A DNA stretch of 64,000 nucleotides from Setoptus koraiensis (lineage: Eukaryota > Animalia > Arthropoda), in NCBI GenBank assembly GCA_048013815.1, contig CM106585.1:19282001-19346000 (forward strand), given 5' to 3'. Position 1 is the first letter of the stretch, and each line of letters starts with the position of its first letter. Of the stretch, positions 11,126 to 25,530 are shown piece by piece. The position numbers were made by a program, and so were the translations under genes. The notes below the pieces were generated by a model. It saw only the letters and a program-made list of their open reading frames with translations. It ran no database searches and was not told the origin of the DNA.

Positions 11126-12166
11126 ATGAATGCCAAGCAATGCTCGTTGATAGCTGCTGTGGGAGTTCTCACTTTGCTCACCAATGTCTCAGCATCGTTC
11201 CGTAAGCAACAATCGGAAGAGGCCTCAATAGTGGAGAAATATTACAATGATGCCTTTCATTTCTCATCTGTGGAGGACTTTTACAGATTCTATGAAAATT
11301 TCGAGATTGCAAAGGCACAAAACACTGAACTAAAGAAAGGATTCGACGAGAAGATGCAAAAATGCTTCAATGGTGTCAATTTTGAACTGTTGCACAAGAC
11401 AATACTGGAGGGCACCAATTCGGTATGCAGCATGGGGCATGTGGCACGGCTCACCCAATACATCAAAAAACTATTGGCTTTTGAGCCGAGCGTCATGAAA
11501 ACTATACCCAAGTGTAGAGTGTCGCAATTCTTTAAAGTTTACGTTTTGCAAATCCTTTCTCAGTGCCTAAGACATCTGAAAGATCATCTGCATCATGGCG
11601 AAGTGACCGTTCACAAAGAGGACAGAACAAACCTGCGCCAGTATTTAAAAGAGTTGCATAATTTCGGTGTTCAGGGCAAAATTGAACGAGTACCGCAAAT
11701 TTCCAGGGTATATGGCCAGATGGGTATGCATACTAAATTGATGGATCTTATCTACACGGAATTGACTACAGTTTACCGTCTACCCATTATATATGTCTCG
11801 CAAAGTTATTACGACATTACCGAACCACCTCGCAACACATGCTACGCATCTTATCCATACTATTCTGCCGTCTTGGCAGTCGCTAGTCTCTCCCAATTAA
11901 TTTACTCTGGCGGCCCTATGCGTTTTCCTTATCGTGGTTACGAGGATGTCCTCAAAGCTGCCAAAGGGCCCACGGTGGAACGCTGGGTTTCAATTGCTGT
12001 TATTTGCCAAGTGTTTAGGCAACTGCGCCCAACTGGATCGAATGAACTGTTACCACTGGATGTACCTGGTCAATTAACTGTCGAACTGGAGCCTGTCGAT
12101 CAAAGAATACCCAGCTTTGCTTATAAGCACCAAGTTGCGTATTATGTAACGCGAAGTTTTGAGTGA
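11126..12166 (+). CDS. Orphan secreted protein, 346 aa
   Basis: Single-exon ORF with ATG in AAAATG context. Signal-peptide-like MNAKQCSLIAAVGVLTLLTNVSA, normal complexity, six Cys in the mature part, no recognised domain. Confidence 0.8.
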   Translation: MNAKQCSLIAAVGVLTLLTNVSASFRKQQSEEASIVEKYYNDAFHFSSVEDFYRFYENFEIAKAQNTELKKGFDEKMQKCFNGVNFELLHKTILEGTNSVCSMGHVARLTQYIKKLLAFEPSVMKTIPKCRVSQFFKVYVLQILSQCLRHLKDHLHHGEVTVHKEDRTNLRQYLKELHNFGVQGKIERVPQISRVYGQMGMHTKLMDLIYTELTTVYRLPIIYVSQSYYDITEPPRNTCYASYPYYSAVLAVASLSQLIYSGGPMRFPYRGYEDVLKAAKGPTVERWVSIAVICQVFRQLRPTGSNELLPLDVPGQLTVELEPVDQRIPSFAYKHQVAYYVTRSFE

Positions 12167-12254
12167 TCACATAAAATTGTATCAATTTATTCAACAAATT
12201 AAATTCTTATATGTGGAGATAATTTAGATAATATCGCACTTCAATTCCTATTTT

Positions 12255-15200
12255 CTACCAATATTCCTTTTTTGTCTTCCTCAGTCTATGTTGGGCCCAT
12301 GGTAGACATCTGATTTCTGAACTATCTGATTCTGGCTTCTCGCCAACTGGATTTCCGAGTTCGCAGAGATTATCCTTTGCCAGCATGCATTCTTTATTTG
12401 TGGTAGGTTGAGAGATTTGTATTTCTTCGCTATCACTAACTCCAGTTTGTGAGAAATCCGAATTCTTCGTAATACTACTGCTAGATTCATTATTGCTCAG
12501 GGCTTTGGTGGCACCATCTATCGTACTAACAGGTGATCTTTGCCACTGATTTTCCTTCTGGGTTTCATCCGTTTTCATAATTGGTTGCCTATCAGGGGAT
12601 AATCTTCAAATCGATTTGAAAATTATTAGTAATATGGATATCAGAGTTAAATCATTAAGTGAAAAATTGGTTCACCTTTACTCACTTCATAACAACTATC
12701 TGACTTTCTTCATTTATCGCACTTGTTGATGCGGTCATTTTTGATCTAGTTAATTGCCTCTTCCACGCGGGGATGGCACTTAGTCTCTTCTCTTCAAGTT
12801 CGCGTTTGAGCCTCTCTTCGCAGTCCTTCCTGGCTTTCTCAGCTGCTTTCTTCGCCAACATTTGTTTCTTCCATAATGGAGCATCTTTGTCTGGTATTCT
12901 GTCTATGAAATTGTCCACCGTAAATGTTGGCGCCAGTTGCGCCACCATTTTCTTCACCTACAGAGATCGATTTATTTATAGTACAGAGATAAATTATTGT
13001 CACTTGAAGTATTGATGCGAAAGTTTTAGTTTAAAGGCATAAAGTTATTCAACATACCGCGTCCTTATTCCTAATAGTTTCTTTCATTCGTTTTATTCCA
13101 TTTAAATCTTTTGATTGTTTGAGTTCGGCAATTAAATCGTCTTTTGGTACAAAATTTTTTTCTGCACAGGAAAAACATAGTTAGGAATAGTTAAAACATT
13201 TTATCCAAAAAACATTTGTAGAAATAAAATATCTGCCACGTTCGATGAGAAAAGTAGGGGGCTACTTACGTAAGTCAATCTGAAGATTGTCTAGACATGT
13301 GCTCTTCTTTTGAGATGGAGGAATTTTGGGTTCGATAATATTATTGTTTTCATCATATATGGGTTCCAATGTAGCTTTGGCTATTGAAGCTTTTTGTGGC
13401 AATGGTGTAGATGGAGGTGATGAACTGATCGAGCTTGCTCTAGATTTGATAGCCATCATTAGATCTCTATGCTGAATCGCAGCCATTAGCTCGGGTGATG
13501 TTATGGTTGGATTTCTATTCTTTTGCACTACCTCCTGAGAAGAATTTTCGCAATCGTTTATATCTTTAGACTGATCCTTTGAATCGAGATTATCAGCTTC
13601 CTCTGTGTCTGTATTATCCATCTGACTCAGGGCGGAAGTTGACTGCGAGCGCTTCAAATTTTCATGCAAATGTCTGGAGCCCCTGACAAGCTTCTTACAT
13701 CCTTCGTATGAACTTTCACTAGATCTATTTGTCGAATGATGACTAGAGTTTGACATAAACGAGGCCCCGCTTGATGATGATATGGAACCAGTTGGTGTTG
13801 TCATACCGGATACATTTGCTGTAGATCTTGCGGATCGGCAAGCGACTTTTCTAAGATACTCTGACGGCTTAATATTAGTGTCGTTCTCAGGTGGTGATGA
13901 GAATTGTGGTGGTATGAATGTCATCACCGAATTCATAGGCAATTTCTTCGAAATACCACTATTACAGCTGGAAGCATTTGATTTGTTTGAGAGCAGCGTT
14001 CCCCTATTAGACATGGAGGAAGATGAATTGGAAGATGCCATTGATCCGGCAACGCTCATAGCGGCGTCACTGGAGTCACTGTCGGCGCTTGATATCTCTG
14101 ACACCTCGCTTGTGATAGATTGAGCGGGATCGATGTTGTCCATAGCTTCTAGTCTGTGTTGGGGATCACTGGCTAAGTTTCTGTGACCTTGATGAAGTGA
14201 CGCATGATTCTTTGTGGTATTTTGCAAGTTATCATTTGCATTCTTAAGCAATGTGGCAGATATATCAATTTGTCCAGGATTTTTCGCCAAGGCACTCGCA
14301 AACATGGTCATAGGAGGAAGGGGTGGTGGTGGTGGCGGCGGCGGCGGCGGAGGAGGAGGCGGGGGAGGTGGTGGTGGTAGTAATGAAGGCGCACTTGGAG
14401 GCGATAGGGAATTAATAATTTTTACATTGCATCTAGAATCATTATCACTTGTTGAACGGTTGCTGCTGGAATGGGAACCAGATCTACTTCTGTTATTTGA
14501 TTTGCTGTTTGTGTCTTCATGGTGATAGCAGGGACTTTTAGTGTTTGAATGACTTTTGTTCGAAACGTTTTGTTCATTTTTGCTACTATCTTTTATATAA
14601 GTACCTCTATTATTGCTATTATTGTTGTTACTGCTACTATGTATTTCGACGTCGTTGTTATGTTTGACATCTGTGTTGTGCTTGAAAGTATTTAAATCGG
14701 ACGCATCCTCGTCGCTATCTGTAGCTTCTTCGCAGGCGTCTTCTATTGCTTCTCTGCCATTCAGATCAAGGCTAGATTTGACAAGTTTCTCTCTTCTTTT
14801 ATCTGATGTAATTCGTCTATGACGCTGTTGATGATGACTACTGTTATTACTGTTGTTGTTTTTAGTTGTTTTTGGCAAGCTACCACAGGTACAAGTGGAT
14901 TTATGCGAATGATTGTCGTGCGGCGACGAGTTTGTGGAGGATGCTGGCGATGAAGAAGAACAGGAAGAGGATGACGACGAGTTTAATCTTCTAGCTAATC
15001 CGTTACAGGGATACTCAACTATGCTTTGCTGATCATTGTTATTGTTATCTGATTGCTTTATCAGATGGGCCTTCTTATATGCTAATGAGCTAACTTTTGC
15101 ACTGCTATTGATGGCATAGATATTGGTGACGGTATCGCTTGATTTATTGTTGTTGTTGTTGCTGTCGTTGGCTGTTGTGGCTGCTTGTTGCAAATTGAGA

Positions 15201-15334
15201 GTTGCAATGGGAGAGGGTGATGGCGACGATGACGACGACGACGATTCTGACAAAGTTCTTGTTGATTGACGTCGATGATGATTGAGCATAAGCTGGTGAG
15301 TTGTCGCTGCCGGTGACAAATTGTTTCTAACCAT
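12255..15334 (-). CDS. forked: Forked/espin-like actin-bundling protein, ~924 aa, 4 exons
   Basis: Exons 15334-13270, 13161-13058, 12957-12686 and 12588-12255; all introns are GT-AG and phase-compatible. Motifs: poly-Pro, FIPPQF...IKPSEYLR, DLIAELKQSKDLNGIKRMK, PLWKKQMLAKKAAEKAR...IPAWKRQL and LPWAQHRLRKT. Confidence 0.82.
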
Positions 15335-18300
15335 TTTCAATATATTTAATCCTGGCCGTGTCTTGTTTTAATTCTCTGCTGCTTGTTTCTGCATTGATGC
15401 CGATGTTGGCCAGCATAATTATGACGATGCAACAATCGCTCCTCTTGTTGATGGTCGTTGCGTCTAATGAAATGTGTGTCCTGCCGGCAGCAGCATTGTT
15501 TTGTTATCATTGAAATTGTAATCAACTAAATAGAGAATCGTTGTCACTTTTTGGCTGGCCGGCGATCGCCTGATGGTCTGATCATGGCTACTGTTGTTGC
15601 TTGTTGTTCGGTGGTGGCGACGACGACGACGACGACGATATGATATGATATGTTGTAATATGTCGGCTTGGATATATTGCTGCGATCATCCAATCGAATT
15701 ATACTCGACAATAACGATTACACGAATACACTGGCGCCACTGATGCCAACACTAACGAATGCTAAATGACACCATCGATCGCTTTGATTGCGTGTGAGTT
15801 ATTGCGAGCGTCTTATTCAATTATCAAACGGTTAATAAGACCGTCGGCGATAGGAATTCGTCGAGCGCCGATAGAACCAATCGAATAATAACACTTTCAT
15901 CCCTCGCACATATAGGCCGTGTTGTGTGTGCAATGTGCACACAATGGTCATTGAACAACGTGGGAATGCGCCAAGGGGAAAGGGGCTGGCAAGACAAGCG
16001 GCCGCTGAGACGGGGGTCGGCAGCGTCGAATGGGAGGAGCGTTCGATTTCGTTGCCGTTGCTTCTGTTGTAACTGTTTGAGCGAAAGTGACTTGAGTCAT
16101 TGTTGTGCCGTTCATCATGCAACAACCAGTTGCGCACAGCACAGCGCCACAGCACACACACACACACATTGGTGCACTTTTGTGTTGATGACAAAAGTGG
16201 TCGGCACAAAAGTGTGCCAATTCTTCACTAGTGAACCAATTGAAGTGCGCCCGATGTGTGCCGCAATGACCGACAAAATGGCCGACATTCTTGCAGACAA
16301 GTTCGCCCACAGTGAGCCAATTGCAACGGCGCTGTGTGCGGGTTAGACGGCATGCTTCTGTACCAGAGGCAATCTAACAACAAGGGCGCCAAAATATCGA
16401 CTCGTGTGTCCAACACAAATCAATCTCAATATTAACAATTAAAAGCACCGCTAGGGGTTGTGTACTGGAACTGGCATTATGTTGCATTATGTCATGCTAC
16501 ACGCCTGCTGCCCATTGCCCGCTGCCTCACTGTTGGCTTGCTCGGCCGTGTGTGTCTCGGTTGTTTGTCACTTTTGGCCTCATCGCATCAACGGGCATCA
16601 AAGGTCGACTTTAATTTATTAATCATTCATAGCTAACAACAGGCAAATTAATGACAACAACAATATTATGGCCATGATATCATGGTCCATACGGCACCTT
16701 GACATGCCTGCATCACTCGGACGGTTGTCGGACTGGGTGCTGCTGCTTGGCCAGAACTACAACTCACACTGACCGGCAACTTGAATTTGCCAGCCAACTC
16801 ACCAGACACAAACGCATAAAGCCGAACCTTTTCAAGCCTGACTGTGCATTGGATCTCCTGGTTACCTAACACAAAAACTAATTAGTTTTACGTGAGTGGA
16901 TATTGTTTTGAGTAGCGAACACCTAATACATGTTGCATGTTTGCAAAACAAAACGCACAAAGGCCATTTTATACTCATACCTAACAATTTTATCGCAGGA
17001 AAGAATCTATTATATTATATAACAGATAGTTGCACTTCCTATAAGGAACACTGAATTACTTTCTCTCCTCTTAACTGTTTGCCTTTTAGCGCCCGGATCA
17101 TTCTATAATACATATGTAACTCATGTAGTTGATGATGAGCATCTAACAGTCGCCAAAGCCAACCTGACTGAATTAACCATTATACGCTCAATGCAAGCAA
17201 CATGATCATAGCTATTTGCTAATGACAACCGATTGCTTAATTGTTGCTATTAACATGTGATACATTGTACTAATTATAACTAAAACTTATCGCCGATTGA
17301 ACATAAATGCTCCCAATGCATGAAAAAACTCGATAAACAACCAAACTCAGACCACTGTTAGACATGTCGCTCAATAAAACCTGCTATCGGAAGCACACAT
17401 TGGAGAATGGTGAGCATTTCAGTTCAGATTCCTTTTGCAACTCAATCTCATTCAATTAATTGCTGTGAGCCAGACTATATAATCAAGTTATAAAGAAAAT
17501 CGATGCAATCTTTTGAGAACAACAGTTACGAATGCACAGTAAATTCGTTACACTTGTACATTTGTATGTAAATTGCCTTCAGCCTGCTCAAATTAAAATT
17601 TAGTTGTATTTGTTGAGAATTGATACACTGTGTCCATTATTAGATACATTTAAACACACACACCAGAGGAAGGGAGATTCGAAATTGTAATTGGAAATTG
17701 GATATGGAAGAGTTTAAGTGAAACGACTGATAGTTGTGCTTATCTTTGCCTTGCAGCTACACAGAACCACTGGTTACAGATAATGGAAATAATTGATTCA
17801 ATCTCTCATAATCTCATCATCATTAAAGCCACAGTTATCATTATGTTTTAGTAAAGAAGAGGTTCGCTGGCGAGATGTAAACTCAAGCGAGCTAATTATA
17901 TCGAGACGAAAGAACTTCTAGAGATGATATATTGACATGAGCATTCAATGACAGGAGACAAGTAAACATTAGTTCATTCAAAAAAAAAAGAAGAGGATTG
18001 TATGGTAGTTGGGTTGCAAAAGAATGTTGTAAGAGATAGTCTTCGATAGGCACACATTCAGACCTTGCATCACTTGAATCTCAGACCATCCATTGTATCT
18101 AGTAATTATACAACATTACAACGGTTGGTTCAATGAATTGCTAGAGAGTGGATTTTAACCGATGAACATTGCCTATATATACATGGCCAGGACAATCACA
18201 GTTACATTGACCTGTTGGGTAACAGGTCAGCCTTAAGCTAGGCTGCTTCCATTGGTGATTCTGATGATTATTCGATGCTAGCTAAACTTTCTTATCTCAC

Positions 18301-21300
18301 TTGCACTGTTTTAGCTAATGGTAGAAAGTCACATAGTCGCCGTTTTTGCGACATTTCGACATCACTTGGTCAACAGGTTGGAAAGAGCAGCAGTCAGAGT
18401 TGCTACTGTTGCGCAGGCGATAACATTTGGAGATATTACATGACAGAACACATCTAGCCTAGTTTTGGTGATCACTGTCTCGCCAGTTTACGGATGTTTT
18501 TCTGGATGCAAAAAGGTAAATCATATCATAATTAAGACCATTTAAGAGAGACTGAAAGCGAGAGAAATGAAAATCATCTAAAGCGGAAGCACAGTGATTG
18601 CTAGGTCGAGATACAAGGCTGCGGAAATGCACGGATGAAGTGGAGAAATTACCGCCTGATCCATCAAATATTATCTCTTTTTCTCTCCGGGAACAACATT
18701 TGATTTAGTTTGCAGCAGTAGCAGCGGCAGTGTGTCAACATATAAACATATTAGCACACATACCACCACTACTTATCTCTCTTGTTGCATGGATCGCCCC
18801 TAAGCTGCAGTGGCAAGTAAGAAAGCCAACCAGCCAACCTAGTGAGATTCAACAATTATGACGACTGGCTATTATCTTTTGTGTTTTGATTCGTGAAGCC
18901 GACCAGCCTGCAAGATAGTCCATCAATTTCGGCAATAACTTGTAACTAATTTGTGATTTCAAGTTGCCGTTGTCGTCGCCTGACAATCTTTACTTGTCAA
19001 TATAATGAAAATAATGGGCATCGGCAACAGTGGCAATGGCGGCATTTTGTTACGGAACACAACAGGATTACGACACATACAGGCACATGTAGCATACTTC
19101 TGGACATAATGGCCATGAGTGTATTGTCTATTTCTTTTTAAACGCTCATCGGTCATTATTGCTATTACCGCCACTACTGTTGTCGTTGTTGCTGCTGCTG
19201 CTGCTGCTATTATTATTATTAGCGATAAACCAGCGTCTATGAGAGAAAAAATGGTTATTTCTCTCACTTTCTCTGATTTCAATCGTCGATATTGTTGCTA
19301 CGACTGCTAGAGAAATGACAACTGGCCGAGCCTGCAGTAAGTTGAAACATTGGAATCATCACATGCTTACAGGAAGACAAGATAGACGACGACGAAAACG
19401 TTCTCAAATGATTCAATCTATATCATCCATTGTTTATCTCCACAACATCTAATGGTCTATCAGGTAGTGAGTATGTGCAGTAAATATAAGTCTAGCCCGG
19501 TGAGCGCTTCGACAGCTCGCTGCTGGTTGGCTAGCTGAATAGTCTGTTGGCGAATTTGTTTGTCGGCTACAATAGATTTAGCAGTGATGATGTAACAATC
19601 GCTCAATGGAAACTTCCATTACACTATGTGTGAGTTGAGTGCGATGATTGAGCGACGACAAGCAGAAACTAGACCAATGTTGTTTGTTAGGAACATTGTC
19701 ATAATAGTAGCCATGGTTGCAGTAGCTAAACTAACCTTTACTAATCATCTCTCATCATAACAATGTTTTAGGCGGCAAAATGGTTGTAGCCAATGAATGA
19801 GGCGGCGACACTCTGTCTGACAATTGCATAATGCCCACAATGGGCATTGAGACCCATCTATTGGGTCATAGGCAGAGATGGATGCATGGATGGATAGAAA
19901 CGAAAGTATAACATGTGTACAATACACAGACGCAAGATAAACGCAAGTTGAAAGGACCATTTTATGATTCAGTGAACGCAAACATTGTAACAACAACAAC
20001 TACAACCGGGACGGCGACGACGACAGAGCCAGCACCAGCGCATGTAAAGCAATACTGTCTCAACCAATGGCAAGACAGCTTTATGTAACTTGTATAATGC
20101 TCCTGGAACTGTGTTGCTGCAGAGGCAGCAGCTACTGTTGGTTGCGGCAACAAGTGATGGTGCGATATTCATCACAAAAGGCACACACAGGCTAACTCTA
20201 TTTATGTTGTCTAACTTCTGGCTAGTCGTAGTTCACAACAGAATCACTGTGTTTTTCTAATATAAATTATTGGATCTTGTACATGCTGTTTGTGTCATCG
20301 CTTTGGTGTAGTAGGAGAAGGAGAGAGCGTTTCACACAAGTGTCTCGCCGGCCTGTAAGATATCTCGATATGCCAATACCGTGTTATACCATTGATCGCA
20401 AGATATCCCTCAGCGCGATGACATAAACCAAGCTCATATCGACCGAAGTCATGTTATCCGACCCTCTACACGAGAGAAAAGGAACTGCAGCGGCCACTAA
20501 TGCCAACCTCTCTCTCTCTCTCTCTCTCTCACTAGTGCACTTTTCCAAAGGAACATTGAACTCTGCAAAATTTGCTTACTAGAACACATGATACCAAGCC
20601 AGTTTGTAGTTGGTTCGAACATTTGCTGTCTTGTTATGTGTGGACATGAGCCAACTATTTCAATTGATAAGGCACACACTCACAACAATTGATAAAACGA
20701 ATTGTTGTTGTCGATATATAGTCGTTCGCAACAGTAGCGCAACAAGTCAAACAAGCCAACAAACCAAGACATATCCTCAGTGGAGAGACTCCCAGTATTT
20801 ATAGATAGATCGTTACCGTCAGATCGCTTGCAATGGTGACCAGCCAACCAGATGCTGTCAAGCAGACCTGATTTCCACGCCTAACAAGTCAGCAGATCAC
20901 TTTTGCCAGCTAGAGAGCGATTATGAAGGTGCGAAGACAATCTATAAATATAGGGACGATGACAGGTAATTAGCAGAAACTCGCTCTCTACTTGAATATT
21001 TTGTTTCGTCAGATATATATGCTGTGTGTCGATTTTTTTTGCGATGTATGGAAAATTTGATGGCAGATCATAAATCATGATTGTTATCTTGTTTTTTAGT
21101 CTTGGGAACCACCTCTCAAGTCAGCATACCCATGAACGATATGCAGCAGTGTTTTCGTGACAACCGTATCAGTGATAACATTATGTGACATCAGCCATTC
21201 ATTTTGCTTAACAGATTTGGTACGCAATGAACCTGTTGTTGACCAAGTAGCACTACGGCCACTAGTTATTGCTTATTGTTCAAACCATGTATCTGTACCT

Positions 21301-24300
21301 CCAAGTCAAACCATTTTTTATTTTTCAGGGTTCCACGCAAAGAACTTTCTCTTACTGCCATAGAAAGCTACGATAGCTACAGATGGGAGATGTAGATTTG
21401 CGTGTGCTCCAGATAGACCTATGATGCAAGTTATACTCAAGACAGTTGGAATAGCATGCATTATTACTATTTATATTGATAAGTATAGTTGCTGACAACA
21501 ATGGATCGAGCGAGATCTGTTATCCAATGAGCGGACCAACCGTTTGATAGTCATCGCAAAAAAAAGGCTCACTGTTACGCAACGCATGAGTGTTGTGGCG
21601 TAAATCATAACGATGATGTTCATGAAGATATAACAAGATGATATATGGTATGGCTGTCGTCAGTTAGATTCGGTGATGCGGAAAATTTGATTTTCTCATC
21701 TCTGATCTGTTGTTGCTGCTTTTTGGTGGTTTAGGTGCTCTATTCGTGTATATATATATACATCATGTATATATATTGATGAATAGGATTGATATTGACT
21801 TTTACAATCTAAAACTAACTGTTCATAACCATAAATTACCATGTACATGCACTCCGTCACAAATATATGCCGATAACCTCTAAAATGGACTATACATCTA
21901 AGAAACAAACAAGAATATGTTGCATTTCGGCACACTGATGCTCACTGAAGACAGGTGAACATGACTTCTACCATGTATTTGTGTATTGCCATATCAGTGG
22001 TTCCAAACGAGTGGATGTTCATATGAAGTAGATCATCAAGAGCAGCTACCATCTTGATGTTGGTTAATTGACGCAAACAAACTCAAATTATTTGGCCTAT
22101 GCATCGCTATGAAAACTGTCTCTCTTCATCAGTAAAACTCAAAACGGAATAAAGGAGCACATCTCAATAATTTCATGTCAGCGCGTGCAAACTGTTAGTT
22201 AGTTAGCGAGGTTTTGGACAGGGAAACAGAAAGTGCTGAAACACAATGACAACAAAGAGTGGCGTTCTATAGGTCTGATTGAAGCCATAGAAGCAACTTA
22301 GTTGTAGCAACTTGCGGTTGTTGTCCACACTGTTGTTGTTATTGCGGTGTTTCGCAACCGTAGGTAACGACAAAGGAAAAAAACAACAACAATCAATGGC
22401 TAAAATAAGATTGTTGTTGCTGTTGTTGTTGTCATATAATCGATCACAGAGAATTCTCTGCGATTCAAGTAGAAGAAAAAGAAGAAGTGTGTAGTGACTT
22501 TTGTGTGAGAGTCAGTTTGAAATAGTGGCATTAGTAGTGGTAGTGATTGTCAAAGATGTGTCGATTATTATTATAACTTGAATTGACTCTCTCCATTGAT
22601 CCATTGGGCACAGGTGAACTCGTCAACAACCGCACTAACATGGAATAATAAGACGATGCTCCTTTTTCTTATTGGTTTCTCTTGATTCTCTTTCTTTCTT
22701 CTCCTCTTCTTTTCTCCATCTGTTCTTCTTGTCGCTTGCGCTAACAACGCACACAAGTTCTTTTCGAAGCGTCGTCACTCCGGTGCCGATGACATCTCTT
22801 ACGCTAACCGATATAAGCTACCCACTTTCAATAGATCACACCTACTCACTGGCAGTGGTTGACTCTGTTATCGAAAGGTACCCATGGAAAGGAATAAAAG
22901 CCAATGGACTTTAAACGTATAAAAATATAACAAAAGTAGTAGAAACAATAAGAAAGAGAGAGATGACCACCAGTTCAGTGAAAGACAATTGCTAACATCA
23001 GGGGAATCAACCGCAGTAGTGGTAAAAGTCACTTCTTTAGCGAGATTTCTCCTCTAACACTTGTTGCGGCGAAACAACAATGTTTCAACAATTATAAATA
23101 GAAAAGAATCTCTTATCTATCGAAACTCATTCTTCTTTTTTACTGGTGGTTCTTTTCGATGATCAACCACAACTGACTGATCAACGCAATAGCGGCGACT
23201 AATTAGCAACAATAAATAATTGTTCTTGCCATCTTATGTGTTCGCTTGCCACAGTGCGATGATATCATGAGTGGACCGTTTAATGCATCACCTCTGGGCT
23301 AGTAATGTGTTGGAGAGTGATCAATTCTGAGGAGCCAAGATCCGAAGTGCAAAGGTCACTTCGGATAGCAAGTCAGTTTCAAGTGACACCCGTAATTAGA
23401 AACTTTGCTTGCAGGTCACTCTCGAACACCACATCAGGGATACTATTAGTTCAGGTGGACCACCAACAGTAGCGATTCTTACACTAATGTTCTTTTCTTT
23501 CACAATGACTCTTTTATTTAATTCTATTTATTTGCGATTGATTGCATCTTGGATAAATCAATCAATTAATAATAATAATCAATTGATGTAATCAGTTGAT
23601 ACCTGATTGTTGATACCTAGTGATGACCCATGGAGATACCGGAGCAGCAAACCGATGGGCCAGGACGCGTCATCAAGACAATTCAGTATCCATTGTTGAT
23701 GACAACAATTGTTGAATTGCTGAATTGTTATTATTGAATATTATCAATTGAATTGGTTAATAAATCGAGACAGTGCATCGAATACAACGAAAATCTCGAA
23801 ACTATCCCGGTCTCCCCATCTCCCACCGCTCATCTCCCCTAGGTGAACTCCCTTGGATAACACAAAAGGTAAACAACAAACTCATTGGCGTATGAGGGGA
23901 AGAGAAGAGCAATTGCGCACAAATTACCCGGTGTGGAAGGGGGAAAGAGTAATCCCAGTTGAATGTCTCACTATCGTCACTAGATAATGCTTATCACTTG
24001 ATAAATGTATCAATGCACGATCAATAAATTAAACAACAATTATTTTGTGACTACTATTGATCGGTCAAGTGCACCATAATCCGGATGGATTTAATTCACT
24101 TGATGGAGTCTTTATCAGCGCTCCATCGTGACGAGCTTGCGACCAGATAAATCAATCCAGGAGATCAGCTGATCTCACACATTACAGGATGAGCTTCGTG
24201 AAATCGGCAACAAGCCAGCACACGTTGAACTCGTGTTGTAGCCAGGTTTACATCAAGTTATTTATTAGATACAATTATTGTCAGCATTTATATTAGGTCG

Positions 24301-24527
24301 TCATTGTTGTCATCCACATTTTTGTTACAAGATCTAGTCTAGACTCACACGATCAATATTCATGGAATGTCAGTATTGATAGAATATCAAGCGTAACAAT
24401 ATAAATGTATTGAAATAGAAACACAGTCCAAGTGGAACTAGTCAAACAATACAACACAACCAACACTCACCATTTGTTGAAATAATAACTGGCCAGATAA
24501 GTACATTCGATTGATACACTCAACAAC

Positions 24528-25379
24528 ATGTCGCACAAGGTGGAATACACAGCCGACGATCTTAAGAGATATCACGAGTTTGCAATAGATTTAGCCAAAC
24601 AGGCGGGCAAAATAATTAAAGAGGCCAGTGGCAATAGTAAATCAATTGAGTCTAAGCAATCGTTTGCCGATTTGGTTACAGAAACAGACAAGGGCGTAGA
24701 AGAGTTCCTATTTGCATGTTTAAAAAAAGAGTATCCGGCTCACAAGTTCATCGGCGAAGAAAATGTCGCGTTGGGCGGCCACAAGAGTGTCGAGGTCACC
24801 AATGATCCCACTTGGATTATTGATCCCGTTGATGGTACAATGAATTTCGTTCACACATTTCCCTATGTTGCCGTGTGCATTGGTATGATCATTAATCAAG
24901 AGATTGTCCTAGGAGTTGTCTATTGTCCCAAATTGGACCTAATGTATACGGCACGACTAAACAATGGCGCCTATTGTAATGGCGAAAAGCTCAAGGTGCG
25001 ACAATCTAGCTCACTGGCGGATTCGTTAATTTGTGCCGAGCTAGGTAGTGATCGCGATGAAAAGAAACGTCATGCTGTATTTGAAAATTTGCAATCAGTT
25101 GGTTGGCAATCGCACGGAATTAGATCATTAGGCTCGGCAGCCATGAACATTTGCTCGGTGGCCTCTGGTTATGCGAATGCCTACTATGAGTTTGGGCTAC
25201 ACTGTTGGGATATGTGTGCAGCAGGAATAGTTTTACTAGAGGCAGGCGGTTACATTTGCGATACCACTGGACAAAAGTTTGATTTGTTCAATAGGCGTCT
25301 CATAGCGTCTTGCAATGAACAAATAGCCCAAGAATTGTCCAAGGCTCTCGTGATACAGTTAGATCTAACAAGAGACTAA
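24528..25379 (+). CDS. IMPA1: Inositol monophosphatase, 283 aa, intronless
   Basis: DLVTETDK, FIGEE, WIIDPVDGTMNFVH and WDMCAAGIVLLEAGG signatures. Confidence 0.96.
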   Translation: MSHKVEYTADDLKRYHEFAIDLAKQAGKIIKEASGNSKSIESKQSFADLVTETDKGVEEFLFACLKKEYPAHKFIGEENVALGGHKSVEVTNDPTWIIDPVDGTMNFVHTFPYVAVCIGMIINQEIVLGVVYCPKLDLMYTARLNNGAYCNGEKLKVRQSSSLADSLICAELGSDRDEKKRHAVFENLQSVGWQSHGIRSLGSAAMNICSVASGYANAYYEFGLHCWDMCAAGIVLLEAGGYICDTTGQKFDLFNRRLIASCNEQIAQELSKALVIQLDLTRD

Positions 25380-25530
25380 AAATATGACCGTCATCGCAAC
25401 CTGTCTAACCTCCATTAGTTGTGGAAGCGATAAGCTCTAACTGTCTTACAGTGGACAGGTCCACATTGTGCATTATTATTATTACGATTAATTACAATCA
25501 ATTCAGCTATCAGCGTATATAAATAAAGTT

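Noticed and set aside
16803-16865. 63-nt AG/GT-flanked minus-strand segment as an upstream forked exon
   Set aside because: Splice sites are plausible, but the peptide is not ankyrin-like and no matching acceptor phase could be established.
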